Below are positions 26,906 to 40,056 of a stretch of DNA of 64,000 bases, piece after piece (the first letter of the stretch is position 1; each line of letters starts with the position of its first letter). The DNA comes from Tubiluchus corallicola (taxonomy: Eukaryota > Animalia > Priapulida). The notes beneath the pieces were generated by a model. That model worked only from the letters and a program-made list of their open reading frames with translations. It was not told the origin of the DNA and searched no databases. The stretch spans positions 23,446 to 87,445 of the forward strand of contig JAQGDQ010000850.1 in assembly GCA_030141605.1 (NCBI GenBank), in the 5' to 3' direction. The position numbers and the translations under genes are program-made.

Positions 26906-27617
26906 GGGACGTTCAGACTAGCAAATTTTCTGTCGAGAGTTTTCTCTCTGACAGCAAACTCATTAATGAGAACTGTTTTCAAGTTACTGTCGGTAGAAAT
27001 TGCAAACTCTCGTACGGTTGCTGCGAGTTGATTTACTGTCTAGTGTGAACGCCTCAGCGTAATATGAACACATCTGCGAGTTACTTGGCAAGTTACTCTA
27101 GACACTTCTCGCAGTGAATAGAGAAGTGAGTGGCAGCTCACAATTACTGGCGGAGAGCAGCTCACAGCATGTTTTGCTCTGTAATATGAACACATCTGCG
27201 AGTTACTTGGCGAGTTACTCTGGACACTTCTCGCAGTGAATAGAGAAGTGAGTGTCAGCTCACAATTACTGTCAGAGAGTAACTCACAGCATGTTTTGCT
27301 CTGTAATATGAACACATCTGCGAGTTACTCGGCGAGTTACTCTCGACACTTCTCGCAGTGAATAGAGAAGTGAGTGTCAGCTCAAAATTACTGTCAGAGA
27401 GTAGCTTGCAGCAAGTTTTGCACACTAAACTGAACACGTTTGCAAGTTACTTAAAAGTTACTCTCGACACTTCTCGCAGTGAACAGAGATGAGAGTGTCA
27501 GCTCACAATTACTGGCGGAGAGTAACTCACAGCATGTTTTGCTGTGTAATATGAACACATCTGCGAGTTACTTGGCAAGTTAATTTTACCAGAAAACTTG
27601 CTAGTGTGAACGCGCCG
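26906..27617. mobile_element. Harbinger/PIF-like non-autonomous element with internal 122-bp tandem repeats
   Basis: TIR GGACGTTCAGACTAGCAAATTTTCTG/CAGAAAACTTGCTAGTGTGAACGCGCC. About 4.5 units of period 122 from 27059. Confidence 0.7.
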
Positions 27618-27907
27618 TATCATTGTAGAGAAGCTCTGCAGTTTGATGCAAAATAATTCCGTCTTAATGGCAGATCTATCCGTCCTGCTATCACAATATC
27701 TTCTTCAATGTGCTGTCTGGTCTAGAGCTTGAAACGTCAGAATTATCACGAAAAGTTGCTTGGTTCAAGACCAGAGTCAGTTCAGGCGTTTTCGCATTCT
27801 TTTCATTCCGACCAAATTTAATTTTTATTTTATTTGGTTCCATAAGTTTCATATTTTATTGTCAAGTTAATATGATCATATGTTAATACTCTCCAAAATT
27901 AAATTAC

Positions 27908-28400
27908 GTAATATCATTACTTACATTATGACCGTGATTGGCAGAACGTTCATTAACCAATGCATTTTATTCCACGACTGTTCTCACCCATTACGAGTAA
28001 TGAGTTGAAGAAAGAAAGCAGAAAAAGCAGGCGCTGAAAAATCTTAAACCAACCGGGTTTTGAACCCGAGACCTGGAGCAGTACGCGCATACTCTGTCAA
28101 CTGAGTTACCAGCTGAACATGACAGAGCAGGCCCGAGTCACTGTGGCGATGTTGGATTGTGTGCTCCAAGGAGGAAATCTTGGGCCTACTCTGTCATCCT
28201 GTACTGGTAGCAGCTTATGTGCTGAACATGGCAGTTTTAATACCAGGGTCTCGGGTTCAATTCCCGCCTGGTTCATCATTTTTCAGGCTCTCCTTTCTCC
28301 AACTCTTTACGCAATGCGTAATAATTGTGAAATAAACCACAATGGTTTATGAACATTCGGACATTCACAGTCAGAATCTATGTAATTAATGATATCGTTA
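27908..28400. mobile_element. Palindromic element of two divergent tRNA-SINE-like arms
   Basis: Arms 27908-28080 and 28243-28397 are imperfect reverse complements. Each has a B-box (GGTCTCGGGTTCAA) followed by ATTTTTCAG. Confidence 0.6.
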
Positions 28401-28699
28401 ATTGTCAGCTAATTTGAAAAAAGACAGTGAGGTAATGTCTTCACGTTGTATGTTCTAAGCTTCTAAGGACCGTGGCAGGCTACACACGATCAACTTTGGG
28501 CGATCAACTTAAATATAACTTGGAAGTCTACTTCTGGTCAACTAGTCTTCCTGACTTTTTATCTATAGGTCCAAATACCAGAATAAGAATACTTTTTGTT
28601 AAATTTTTTATCGTGTAATTCGCGAGATTTACAATGAACGTAAAAACCTTGCACATTTGTGATGACCGTATCTCAAAAATATTCTAGGAAGGAGTTTGT

Positions 28700-29506
28700 T
28701 CTAACCCTAACCCTGCTCTAACCCTAACCCTGTTCTAACCCTAGGTCTGCTCTAACCCTAACCCTGCTGTAACCCTAAACATGCTCTAACCCTAACCTTG
28801 CTCTAACCCTAACCCTGCTCTAACCCTAACCCTGCTGTAACCCTAAACATGCTCTAACCCTAACCTTGCTCTAACCCTAACCCTGCTCTAACCCTGCTCT
28901 AACTCTAACCCTGCTCTAACCCTAACCCTGCTGTAACCCTAAACATGCTCTAACCCTAACCTTGCTCTAACCCTAACCCTGCTCTAACCCTAACCCTGCT
29001 CTAACCCTAACCTTGCTCTAACCCTAACCCTGCTCTAACCCTAACCTTGCTCTAACCCTAACCCTGCTCTAACCCTAACCCTGCTCTAACCCTAACCCTG
29101 CTCTAACCCTAACCCTGCTCTAACCCTAACCCTGCTCTAACCCTAACCTTGCTCTAACCCTAACCCTGCTCTAACCCTAACCTTGCTCTAACCCTAACCC
29201 TGCTCTAACCCTAACATTGCTCTAACCCTAACCCTGCTCTAACCCTAACCTTGCTCTAACCCTAACCTTGCTCTAACCCTAACCCTGCTCTAACCCTAAC
29301 ATTGCTCTAACCCTAACCCTGCTCTAACCCTAACCTTGCTCTAACCCTAACATTGCTCTAACCCTAACCCTAGCTCTGCTCTAACCCTGCTCTAACCCTA
29401 ACCCTGCTGTAACCCTGAACATGCTCTAACCCTAACCCTGCTCTAACCCTAACCCTAACCCTAACCTAAACCCTAACCTTGCTCTAACCCCAACCCAAAT
29501 CCTAAT
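28700..29506. repeat. Interstitial telomere-like 17-bp repeat (CTCTAACCCTAACCCTG)n
   Basis: TAACCC pairs separated by TGCTC; about 45 units. Confidence 0.92.
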
Positions 29507-30177
29507 CCGCTTCAAGAACTAATTTCTTGTGTGTGGGGAATTGTAAACATTAGCCAAATTCTGAAATGGAGCTTACCCAAATGTAGATGGCAATTATAAT
29601 TTCAGAACTTGAAACAGCAGTCCAATGCCTCTTTTAAGTCACTCTCTCGTCTACGAATTTCTAACAATTCGTACCATTTATCGACATAAATGAGTTATTT
29701 TTCTCCGTTAGAGTTTCTTCTGGTCAGTAAAAGTTGAGTTTAATTATTCTAGACCGTCTCTTAGGCCACGAATCGCTCAGAAAAGTGAACGACCTCTTTC
29801 CAGTTTCGATCTCTGTAATTTTCATTCCAATTTGTAAAACTTAACTCCTTGCGTCAAAAGAGATACCTTTACATTCCTCCTTAAGCAGGTGAATTCTTTT
29901 CACTGGACTTTACCGAGGTCACAGTGGTTAGACGCTCTTTTAACTACGCGGAAGTTAAAAAATTGACCCGCGGTCAGCAATGGCCGAACCCTTTCATCAT
30001 AGCTACCGGCAGGTACTAATTACTTTCAAGTATTTTGCTTTACCGTCTAATGGAGTTAAGATTAAAATTGAGCGAAACTTGAGCGTTGTACCGTAAGAAT
30101 GTGACAGAGTTCATTGATCAGTTTTTAGCTACAAAACTACGCTGATGACGTCACGCAAACAGCATAAGATTTCAGAA

Positions 30178-31375
30178 CCTCGGTTCCCAACCTGGGGTAT
30201 ACTAGTACCTCTTGGGGGTACCAGCGAACACCACAAGGGGTACCTGAGAAGCCTCTTAGACAATTTTAAAAAAGTGTTTTATAATACTCAGCGGGTGATT
30301 CAGACATCTCTGTTGACTGGGCTACACAATCTGCGGTTTTTGGCCGAGGTCTTGACCCCTGTCCACTGTAAAGCTTTCAGTAAACTTCTGTGTGTTTCCT
30401 GTGTGAAGCAGGCTTTTCAACGATAGTGACAATCAAGACGAAGGCCCGAAATCGCCTTGACATCTGCGGAGACATGAGAGTCAGTCTGTCGAAAAGCGAT
30501 TCAAAAAGTTGGTTTCTGCCACGCAACAGCAGCCATCTCATTGAACTTTCATTTAATGCACTTGATTGGAGCAATACGTATATTTTTTATTTAAAAATGT
30601 TTATAAAATACATTTTTATAAAAGAAAATGGCAGCAGGCAAATGCCACTTATGCTAGTACACTACCCATAGGCGCCGCTTATTAGACTCACGGTTAATAG
30701 ACTCAGTCGCTCAATTGACTCAAAAACGCCTGGAATGGGCCGCTTCTATTTAAATATACACAAAAACTATCGGTAATTGACTCAAATAACTCCGCCTAAT
30801 TGACTCAATATTTTTCCTTCACGTACTTAATATAAGATATTTGTATGTGCCCAAAAGAGCCTTTCCTACTTTTATGTCATCCTTACTTCCCTTTTGTGCA
30901 CAATGTATGCAGAAACAATCATGTTAAGTACCGTTTTGTTTGTAAGCAGGTACGTTTATCATGCACTAATACGCTACCGTAGCGGTTTCGCTTTGAATCT
31001 AGTGTATAAAGTAATTTGCCACATACTTACAATCACATTTATAAAACAACCACATGAGCAGTAAAAGTTTTATCAAAAAACGAGAAAAAACTTAAAAACC
31101 TAAAAAACTTAAAAAAAACTTAAAACGGAGAAACACTACATACAGTAAAGAAAAAATAACTTACATAAAACGATTAAAATGGCAGTAGCTTAAAATGTTG
31201 CAGCCTGTTACTCTACTGTTGAAAATGACAATATATTTATAATATCTATAATAAAAATATTCATGACACTAGATCAATGTTGCTTCTTTATTTTACTTAT
31301 GGCGGGCGAAAGGGCGCCAGGAGAAAGTGTAAAAAAATTAGGGGTACGTGGAGTCCAATGGATTGGGAACCGGGG
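30178..31375 (+). mobile_element. Deleted hAT (Buster/Charlie-like) transposon
   Basis: TIR-like GGTTCCCAA/TTGGGAACC. C-terminal dimerisation-domain remnant FLCEAGFSTIVTIKTKARNRLDICGDMRVSLS at 30396-30491. Confidence 0.8.
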
Positions 31376-31849
31376 GTTAAGAAGAATGTAAAAGAGTTCA
31401 CGTTTAATTACCGGGCGTAATTAAACGACCATCATTATCTAAGCTAAATGTAGCCTTTGAGATAAACACGACAAGTACCCCAGGGTACGTTGTACATAAA
31501 CGTGGAAAATTTTCAAAAGTTCGTCAGCAGAAAGTTCGAGTATGCAAAGCATTGAACTCAAACTTTATTCGAGTTTAAACCGTGTAAGAATTCCTTCGAA
31601 ATACCTCGCTGTGAGCTGTCATTATCTCTGCAACACGAAGATTTAATTTTTAAAACCGCCTTAGGAACCGAGTACAACAATTGTCAAAAGTAGGAACCTC
31701 ACTGGAGACAAGTTTAGGACATTTTAAAAAACAACTCCTCGCATGTCTAGGTCATCATAAAAACGTGAGAATAGTTTGTCGTAAAACATGTGCACAAAAT
31801 ATTTCCAGAAACTTATATTACCAAATTTTTATGATGTTACATTAATTAA

Positions 31850-32305
31850 CCCTTTCAGTCCCAAATTGTTTTTTTAATAAGAAAATTTTTTTTTGATTTG
31901 GTACTTTTGTTCAGTCTATCTTGTTTACACATAATAATTATTTTTTTCTACCTGTGCCCGCGTGCTAAATATCGGCTTTATCCCACGGGATACAGTAGGA
32001 TTCAATGGAAGCATAAAATGTGCTTCATTTTGCAACTGCTGATAATTTTTTAAAGTATTTAAGACATTTAGTATTCATGTTATGCTGATCTGTACAAAGT
32101 CGTCTCTAAAGTACTGTACCTTGCGCAGTTTTTTATGCTATGTAGATTTTCTAGTTTATCATTTTATCACCATTTTTAGTCTATTGTTATTGGCTTAAAT
32201 CAAAATAACTATTAACAGATCAAATAACTGTCAGTTTTAAAATTTTATTAATTTTAATCCAGAAAATATTCTCGTATCCCACGGGCTACAACGGGCATGA
32301 AAGGG
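31850..32305. mobile_element. piggyBac-like MITE
   Basis: TTAA|CCCTTTCA...TGAAAGGG|TTAA. Second copy at 45149-45500. Confidence 0.88.
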
Positions 32306-32834
32306 TTAATTTAAACTCACCCAATATTTAGGTTATAACAAAAATCGTGAGAATATCATAAACTCAGAGCTAACATTTGAGCACAATCTTTTAAAGAAAT
32401 TTATGTCGTTGATTTTTTCATATTTTATATCATAAAAGTGATGAAAAATTCAGAGGAAATTCAGAGCATCATTTGGACTGCACTTTTCTCTCACTAAGAT
32501 GCAGCCTTTCCTCACCACGCATGCGCTGTGAGACGCAGCCTTTCCTCATCACGCATGCGCTGTGAGACGCAGCCTTTCCTCATCACGCATGCGCTGTGAG
32601 ACACTTTCTCAATGCAAGGTGCCTGACTTGTCATTGAATTCGTCTCTAAAACTCTCGAGGTCCCTTGAAGAAGGTAGTGAAAATAGCAAAACCTATTGGT
32701 GCAGTAGCTCTTTTCAGACTTTCGTCTAATTTGACTAAAATAATTGCCAAAGTCTTTAGTTCATCTGGGCAAATTTGCAACCAGTTTGCTTTGTTTGTTA
32801 ATAAAATACAGAAAATGTAAAATGTTTAGTGACC

Positions 32835-33122
32835 AACCCTAATCCTAATCAAAACCTAATTCTAACCCCAATCCTAATCAAAACCTAATCCTAACCCTAA
32901 TCCTAACCTTAACTCTAATCCTAACCCGAATCCTAAGAAAAACCCTAATCCTAACCTCAACCCTAACCCTAACCCTAACCCTAATCTCTAACGTTAATCC
33001 CTAATCCTAATCATAATCATAATCCTAACCCCATTCCTAACCTTAACCTTAATCCTAATCCTGATCCTAATCCCTAACCCTAATCCCTTACCTTAATCTC
33101 TAATCCTAACCATAACCCTAAT
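32835..33122. repeat. Degenerate (TAACCC/TAATCC)n telomere-like tract
   Basis: Direct inspection. Confidence 0.85.
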
Positions 33123-33396
33123 AATGCAAAAACGGGGCAACAATTCCACGAGATAAAATTCTGATTTTTAGTTGCCAAAAGGACCTTTAACACCTCTAAA
33201 ATGTAGAAAACGAGCGGGTACCCGACTACTTGTAGGACTTGCAGACTCCCTAGTTGCTTATCCGCCAAGCTGAATAGGCCCTCTGTTTAGAAACTTGACA
33301 ACTGGCTTATACCGCGTCATGTAAATAGAGAAGTAGTACCACAAGGTAAGACCTTTCATCCAGAAAACGCTGCCAAAGTTCCCTATTATGTTTGCT

Positions 33397-33990
33397 TTAA
33401 AGCAAAACTGGACCAAATCTTAAACTGTAGGTCAGAACAATCTACTCCTTGAAATATTGAAAGGAAACACTATTTTTTCAAAAATAACTTCCGTGATAGA
33501 ATTATTACTAGCTCTTCCTTGTTACATGTCTTTCGCCGTTCGCTAGTTAGACGGGCACTAGCGCTAGCATTTCGGAAATGCATTGCACCAAAAACAAGTG
33601 CTGTACCTCTCAGTTCAGATGTGTTAATTTGTGACGAACTGCACACGTTCGACCGCTCATGCGTGAGCACAGCGGTAAACTAGAAATTTGAATTTTTATC
33701 TTAAAACTTGACTAATTTTAGTACAACACACTGAATATCTTACAGTAGCACTGTACTTCAATTTTCGCTTTAGCAAACACGTGCAACACGCTCGTGGAAT
33801 GTTTTTGCTTTTGAAAATTATGTTAGTTTGTGATGTCATCAATAGTTGGGCTCGTCCGCAGTTAATTTAGTTTTTAATCTATTATTTAATTATCAGAAAC
33901 GCATTTGCAGTATTAATTGTTTTAAAATGTATACTTTTATCCAACTTAAAAATTGGGTAGTATGTGAAAAATCATCTTGTCTTCCTTTAA
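33397..33990 (+). mobile_element. Family A Kolobok-like MITE
   Basis: TTAA|AGCAAAAC...GTCTTCCT|TTAA. Confidence 0.8.
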
Positions 33991-34558
33991 GCGCAGCAGA
34001 ATAAAAATATATTCTTTCCTAAAATATATAATTCGCGTTTTCTCACTCTTGTTGCTCGTGCCTGGTTTTCCTGTAAAAACGCCTCTTTCTACATTTTTTC
34101 TCCAAATTGATGCAGACTTTAGCCTAATTGCGTCTTTCTCAGGGACGTTTGTGACGATTTCTTCACAAGAACTGCCCCAAGCTAGACCAGGGTGCTGATG
34201 CTAGGTAGCTAAAAACTGGAAAAGTGTCCAACGAAATGATTAATTAACAGGTAATGGTTGGCCTAGAGAGGCAGGGAGCCCGGAGCGAAATAAAGGAAAA
34301 GTATAGGCATCGGCGAATGTTTTTTAAGTTAAAAGCAGTCACGGATTCGTTAACAATGTCACCAGTTCGCGACTTCTTGCTAGAAAATTCACCCATTTGA
34401 TAAATTTACAGGCAAAATTGCGTGGAACTTTTTAGTAGTTATTCTATTACTAAACTGGTTTTATTAAAATTTATTAGTCGAATTCTCGCACGACACTTTT
34501 TACGAGTAATCTGTGATGAATTAAAGTAAAATATTTGTTGTACAGGTTTCTGTTAGAT

Positions 34559-35034
34559 CAGGGGTGTACAAATTGCGGCCCGCCGGGAGAATTTGTGCGG
34601 CCCGCGAAGAGATTTGTCAACCTAATGAAAGTGCGGCCCGGGCAATTAATTGAGTGTATCCAGTTGAAGTCCGGAATCCCAAAGACAGTGCAGGTAGTTT
34701 TTTCAACTAGATCGGATGCCATTAACCCTTACAAGACGGTTGTAGCTTAATATCACTGTACTACACAGACTGTGTGATACACATTACTAATATGCATTGT
34801 AATGAAATTACCACTATCTGTCCTGAAAGTAAAAATATATGGTTTGTAATATAAATTTTAATAACTTCTAAAATAGTTTCTTGAGTGCAGTAGTAATGAT
34901 GTACGCAGGTCGGATGCAAAAAATCCTTATTAGGCCTTTCTGTACTTGGCTCCTTGATCAAACTGCCTGTGGCCTGCATGAATGGCAGGAAAGTTTAATG
35001 TGGCCCGGCTAGTCAGATAGTTTGCACACCCCTG
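34559..35034. mobile_element. hAT (Charlie-like) MITE
   Basis: TIR CAGGGGTGTACAAA/TTTGCACACCCCTG, subterminal GCGGCCCG repeats, TSD TGTTAGAT/TGTTAAAT. Confidence 0.88.
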
Positions 35035-35059
35035 TGTTAAATGGAAAGAAAAGACTATC

Positions 35060-36030
35060 CCAAAAAAATTCCTACACAAAGTTATATGACTTAGCATTGC
35101 GCTTACCTATTTAGAGGACCTATGTAAATTGAAAAGAGAATTCTTAGTACATAATTTAAAACGTTGGCGCTAAACTGGTAAAACGTAACGGACTCGCCTT
35201 CCCAGCGTGCACTACTGGCTCACCAAAAGCGTATTTTTAATCTTATTGACAAGACAAGGTAATTTATGTTTTTGCTTAGATGACGAAAAATGTTTTACGA
35301 ATGCTCTGATCATTTTTTTCAAACTTTACACAGTGACTATACCGCTTTAGTGCTGTATGGAAGAGGGAGACTTAAAAGACAAGAAAAGGGGTACCTGAAG
35401 TAGGTTTCAGAAAAATTCGCCTTAAAAAATTAAATTACTTTATAGCAATTTTATGCATATATCGTGCTCGCACTGAAAGGAATTTTTGTTTGTTTTCATT
35501 TTAAATCTCCCGCCATACTGTTCCGACGACGCCATTACGTGACGTCACAACGACACGTAAATCAGGGAAAGAAAAGGAAATGTTAAATTATGTCCCAAAA
35601 AACTTTCCGTGCAAAGTTATATTATTTAGCTTTTCTCTTACCTGCTTAAAAGACTTACATAACTAAAAAAGTCAATTATTAATTATTTAAAATGAATTGA
35701 TAAAATATTGTTGACTCACCTCCAGGGTGCGCCACTCACTAACCAAAAACGTATTTTTGATCTTATTGATAAGATACAGTAATTTAAAATTTTACTTAGT
35801 GATGTGTGTGCTACGAATGCTCTGATTATTTTTTACACTTTACACAATGTTATCTAAACTTATTTCAAATGACTTTCTGCTAAAATAGTCATCGCAGGAG
35901 TTTAAATTTACAAGTTTTATACAGCGTTACTCTAAAACAAGCTCTATATGCAATAAGTAAGTACGCAAGTGACACAAGACGAATTTTTAGGTTTATGTAG
36001 CTAAAAGGCATCCTTGTGCTTTAGTGATTT
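35060..36030 (+). mobile_element. Family B element, composite
   Basis: Same partial-linker-full arrangement as 20020-20900. Confidence 0.7.
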
Positions 36031-36202
36031 TGTGAAGTGGTGTAGGAAATAACGCAAATGAGAATTTGTGTTCTGTTTTATTCTACGAGTAGCAGCGGTT
36101 TGCATGTTCTTTGCAACAATGCATCTGTGCAACTGCAAGCAAAAACAACAAAAATGCAACGAAAACAAGATGCATCGCCGAAATTTTAACACTTCTTTCT
36201 AC

Positions 36203-36809
36203 TTAAAGCAAAACCGGGCTCAATCTTAAACTGTAGGTCAAAATAATCTAGTCTTGAAAATATTGAAAGTAAACATACAATATTTTCAAAAATGACTTAC
36301 GTGAAAGAATTATTACCACACAAATATAACTTCACGGTCGCACTACTAGTTCTCCACTGTTACCTGCATTTCGCCATTCGCTAGTCAGGCGGGCACTAGC
36401 GCCTGCATTTCGGAAAGGGTTGCACAAAAACAGGTGTTGTACCTCTCAGTTCACATGTGTCAGTTTGTGACGAGCTGCACACGTTCGACAGCTCATGCGT
36501 GAGCACAGCGTTAAATTTGAAATTTGAATTTTTATCTTAAAACTTGCCTAATTACTACAACACACTGAATATCTTACAGTAGCACTGTACTTCAATTTTC
36601 GCTTTCACAAACACGTGCAACGCGCTCGTGGAATATTTTTTGCTGTTGAATATTATGTTAGTTTGTGATGTCATCAATAGTTGGTTAAGTTTTTAATCTA
36701 TCAATCAATTATCAGAAACGCTTTTGCAATATTAATTGTGTTAAAATGTATACTTTTTATCGGACTTGAAAAGGGGTAGTATATGAAAAATCATCCCGTC
36801 TTCCTTTAA
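36203..36809 (+). mobile_element. Family A Kolobok-like MITE
   Basis: TTAA|AGCAAAAC...GTCTTCCT|TTAA. Confidence 0.8.
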
Positions 36810-37199
36810 ATACAACAAAGTACAAATTCTTCACAAATTATAGATGCGTTTGTCCCACATTTCTAGTGGATACCGCTACTTGCACTTTAACAATATTTTT
36901 TGACGATTTCACTTCCAGATAACAGAACTGGTTTCTACACCCACTTTAAGTTATCTGAGTTCAAATCGTTTTCACGCGTGAAGCGGCGTGAAGTGAAAAC
37001 TTAACGCGTTAACGCGGCTGGTGTTGACAGCTTTAAGGCTCGAACTCACGCCTCGCAGCCTATCTATAGCTTACAGCCCACGGACAACGACCCCAGGTCA
37101 ACAATATCGGTCGCAATGCCCACCAAAAATATTACAGTTCTGAGTTTCGTGGAACAAGCGAAGCTGAGGTACAAAGCACAAGAAAACCCTCCACTTACG

Positions 37200-37861
37200 T
37201 AAATCCTAAAAAATTCGTCTTGAAATTTTATACCACTTACTTATTGCCTTTTTGCATATTAGACTTGCGTCGGCAGTAACGTTGTATAAAACATGCAAAT
37301 TTAAACTCCCGCGATGACCGTTCGACGCAGCCATTTTGACTATAAGTCATTTGAAACAAGTTTAGATAACATTGTGTAAAGTTTGAAAAAATAATCAGAG
37401 CATGCGTAACGCACAGGTCACAAAATAAATAAAATTTAAAATTACTGTATCTTGTAAAAAAGATTAAAAATATGTTTTTGGTTAGTGGATGGCGCACCCT
37501 AGCGGCTGAGTCAACGACATTTTACCAATTGGTGAAAACATTTTAAATAATTAATAATTTTCTTTTCTAGTTACATAAGTCTCTCAAGCAGGTAAGCAAA
37601 ACGCTAAGCAACATAACTTTGCATGGAGAGTTTTCTTGGGACATAGTTTAACATTTCGTTTTCTTTCCCTGATTTACGTGGCGTAGTGACGTCATGTAAT
37701 GGCGGCGTCGGAACAGCATCGCGGGAGATTTAAAATGAAAACAAACAAAAAATCCTTTCAACGCGAATACGACATGCGCATAAAATTCCTGTAAAGTAAT
37801 ATAATCTTTTAAGGCGATTTTTCTGAAACCTACTTCAGGTGCCCCTTTTCTTGTCCTTTAA
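37200..37861 (-). mobile_element. Family B element, reverse orientation
   Basis: Ends in GCCCCTTTTCTTGTCCT|TTAA, the reverse complement of the family B start. Confidence 0.75.
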
Positions 37862-38262
37862 CTATCAGGTTAGCTGTGTGAGTACATCACATATCAGTTC
37901 CCACTGCATATCTTCACGTACAATGTAGAATACGGCTCGTACAGACGCTCAAAACACGCTAGTAGAACTCTTTAACCAAATCATTTCAAATCATTTTCAG
38001 ATAATAATAATAAACGCTTTCTTTCACAAACATAAACACAAGTACAATTAACAAATCTCAAACTTAAATAAACAACGGATACAGGAACACGTCCCTACAA
38101 ATACAGGGCTCTTTTTAAGCGAAGTTGATTAACAAATACCGCAATTTATAACAAACACATCTACATATACATGACAGTGCTGATTGAAATCATTAATTCT
38201 TAGCAAAATTAATTCGTACCTCTTAATTTAGAGTCACGTGATGTTGAAATTTTATGCACGTA

Positions 38263-39311
38263 GTTAATCAACAATTTCTTATCTTCCACATCTCCACTTT
38301 TACATAGTTAATCAACAATTTCTTAACTTCCACATCTCCACTTTTACATAGTTAATCAACAATTTCTTATCTTCCACATCTTCACTTTTACATAGTTAAT
38401 CAACAATTTCTTAACTTCCACATCTTCACTTTTACATAGTTAATCAACAATTTCTTATCTTCCACATCTTCACTTTTACATAGTTAATCAACAATTTCTT
38501 GTCTTCCACATCTTCACTTTTACATAGTTAATCAACAATTTCTTAACTTCCACATCTCCACTTTTACATAGTTAATCAACAATTTCTTAACTTCCACATC
38601 TGCACTTTTACATAGCTAATCAACAATTTCTTAAGTTCCACATCTCCACTTTTACATAGTTAATCAACAATTTCTTAACTTCCACGCCTCCACTTTTACA
38701 TAGCTAATCAACAATTTCTTAACTTCCACATCTCCACTTTTACATAGCTAATCAACAATTTCTTAACTTCCACATCTCCACTTTTACATAGTTAATCAAC
38801 AATTTCTTAACTTCCACATCTGCACTTTTACATAGTTAATCAACAATTTCTTAACTTCCACATCTCCACTTTTACATAGTTAATCAGCAATTTCTTATCT
38901 TCTACATCTCCACTTTTACATAGTTAATCAACAATTTCTTAACTTCCACATCTCCACTTTTACATAGTTAATCAACAATTTCTTAACTTCCACATCTCCA
39001 CTTTTACATAGTTAATCAACAATTTCTTAACTTCCACATCTCCACTTTTACATACTTAATCAACAATTGCTTAACTTCCACATTTCCACTTTTACATAGT
39101 TAATGAACAATTTCTTAACTTCCACATCTCCACTTTTACATAGTTAATCAGCAATTTCTTATCTTCCACATCTCCACTTTTACATAGTTAATCAACAATT
39201 GCTTAACTTCCACATCTCCACTTTTACATGGGTAATCAACAATTTCTTAACTTCCACATCTCCACTTTTACATAGTCAATCAACAATTTCTTAACTTCCA
39301 CATTTCCACTT
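38263..39311. repeat. 44-bp minisatellite, ~24 units
   Basis: Unit TTAATCAACAATTTCTTAACTTCCACATCTCCACTTTTACATAG. Confidence 0.93.
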
Positions 39312-39599
39312 CTGTTTAAAAACATAAACTTATCAATATCACACATGGAAGGGAAATCCGGAAAACTTATTCTAGTTGTAATGAGTCCAATTGAGAAAGA
39401 ATGAGTCGTTGTGAGTCTTTGCTCATCTGATAGGAAAACCAACTCTGAGCCCATGATGGTCCTCAATCCCATGTTGAAAGTTTTCCAGTAGTGCTCAGCG
39501 TTTGGATTGTAAATAAAATGCATTAATTCGAATGTTTTCTCCCACCATTTAAGGTTGCACATTTTGCAGTGGACTGTTCGCTCTTTGTTGAACAACTAC

Positions 39600-40056
39600 A
39601 GAAATGTATTTCTGCATAACTCTGAGCTCTAGACATTAAAAGCAAATCATAAAGCTGAAATCGATGCGTTTCAAAAGCGAAATTACAGAAACATTTTGGG
39701 TATTAGATGACCAAGGAAAATTTCAAACAAGGATCTATATGAAAAACTAAAAGAAGAACCTTGGACAAGAAAAATAAAAAGACGATGTTTAAGATTGATT
39801 AGGCATATGCTTAGATTACCTGATGATATTCCAGTAAAGATAGCTCTTCAACAAGCCATAGAACCAGCCAAAAAACCTGCAGGAGGACAAATGTTAACAT
39901 ATTTAGAATTTGCACAGAAAGATTTAAACACTTCAGCTTTGATCCTTAGAAATAAATCCACTTGGGGCATTGCGGCGAGCAGGGAGTCCTGGCGTAGGGA
40001 GGTGAGCAGAATCATGTCCCTGGACGTGTGATTCATTGAAGAAGAAAAGAAGAAGT
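39600..40056 (+). mobile_element. RTE-clade LINE 3' fragment
   Basis: IDAFQKRNYRNILGIR*PRKISNKDLY...IKRRCLRLIRHMLRLPDDIPVKIAL...RESWRR, followed by a (GAA)n tail. Confidence 0.8.

Noticed and set aside
29570-29700. Possible further minus-strand exon ending at GTAAG near 29577
   Set aside because: In-frame stops, and no ATG or signal peptide compatible with exon 2.
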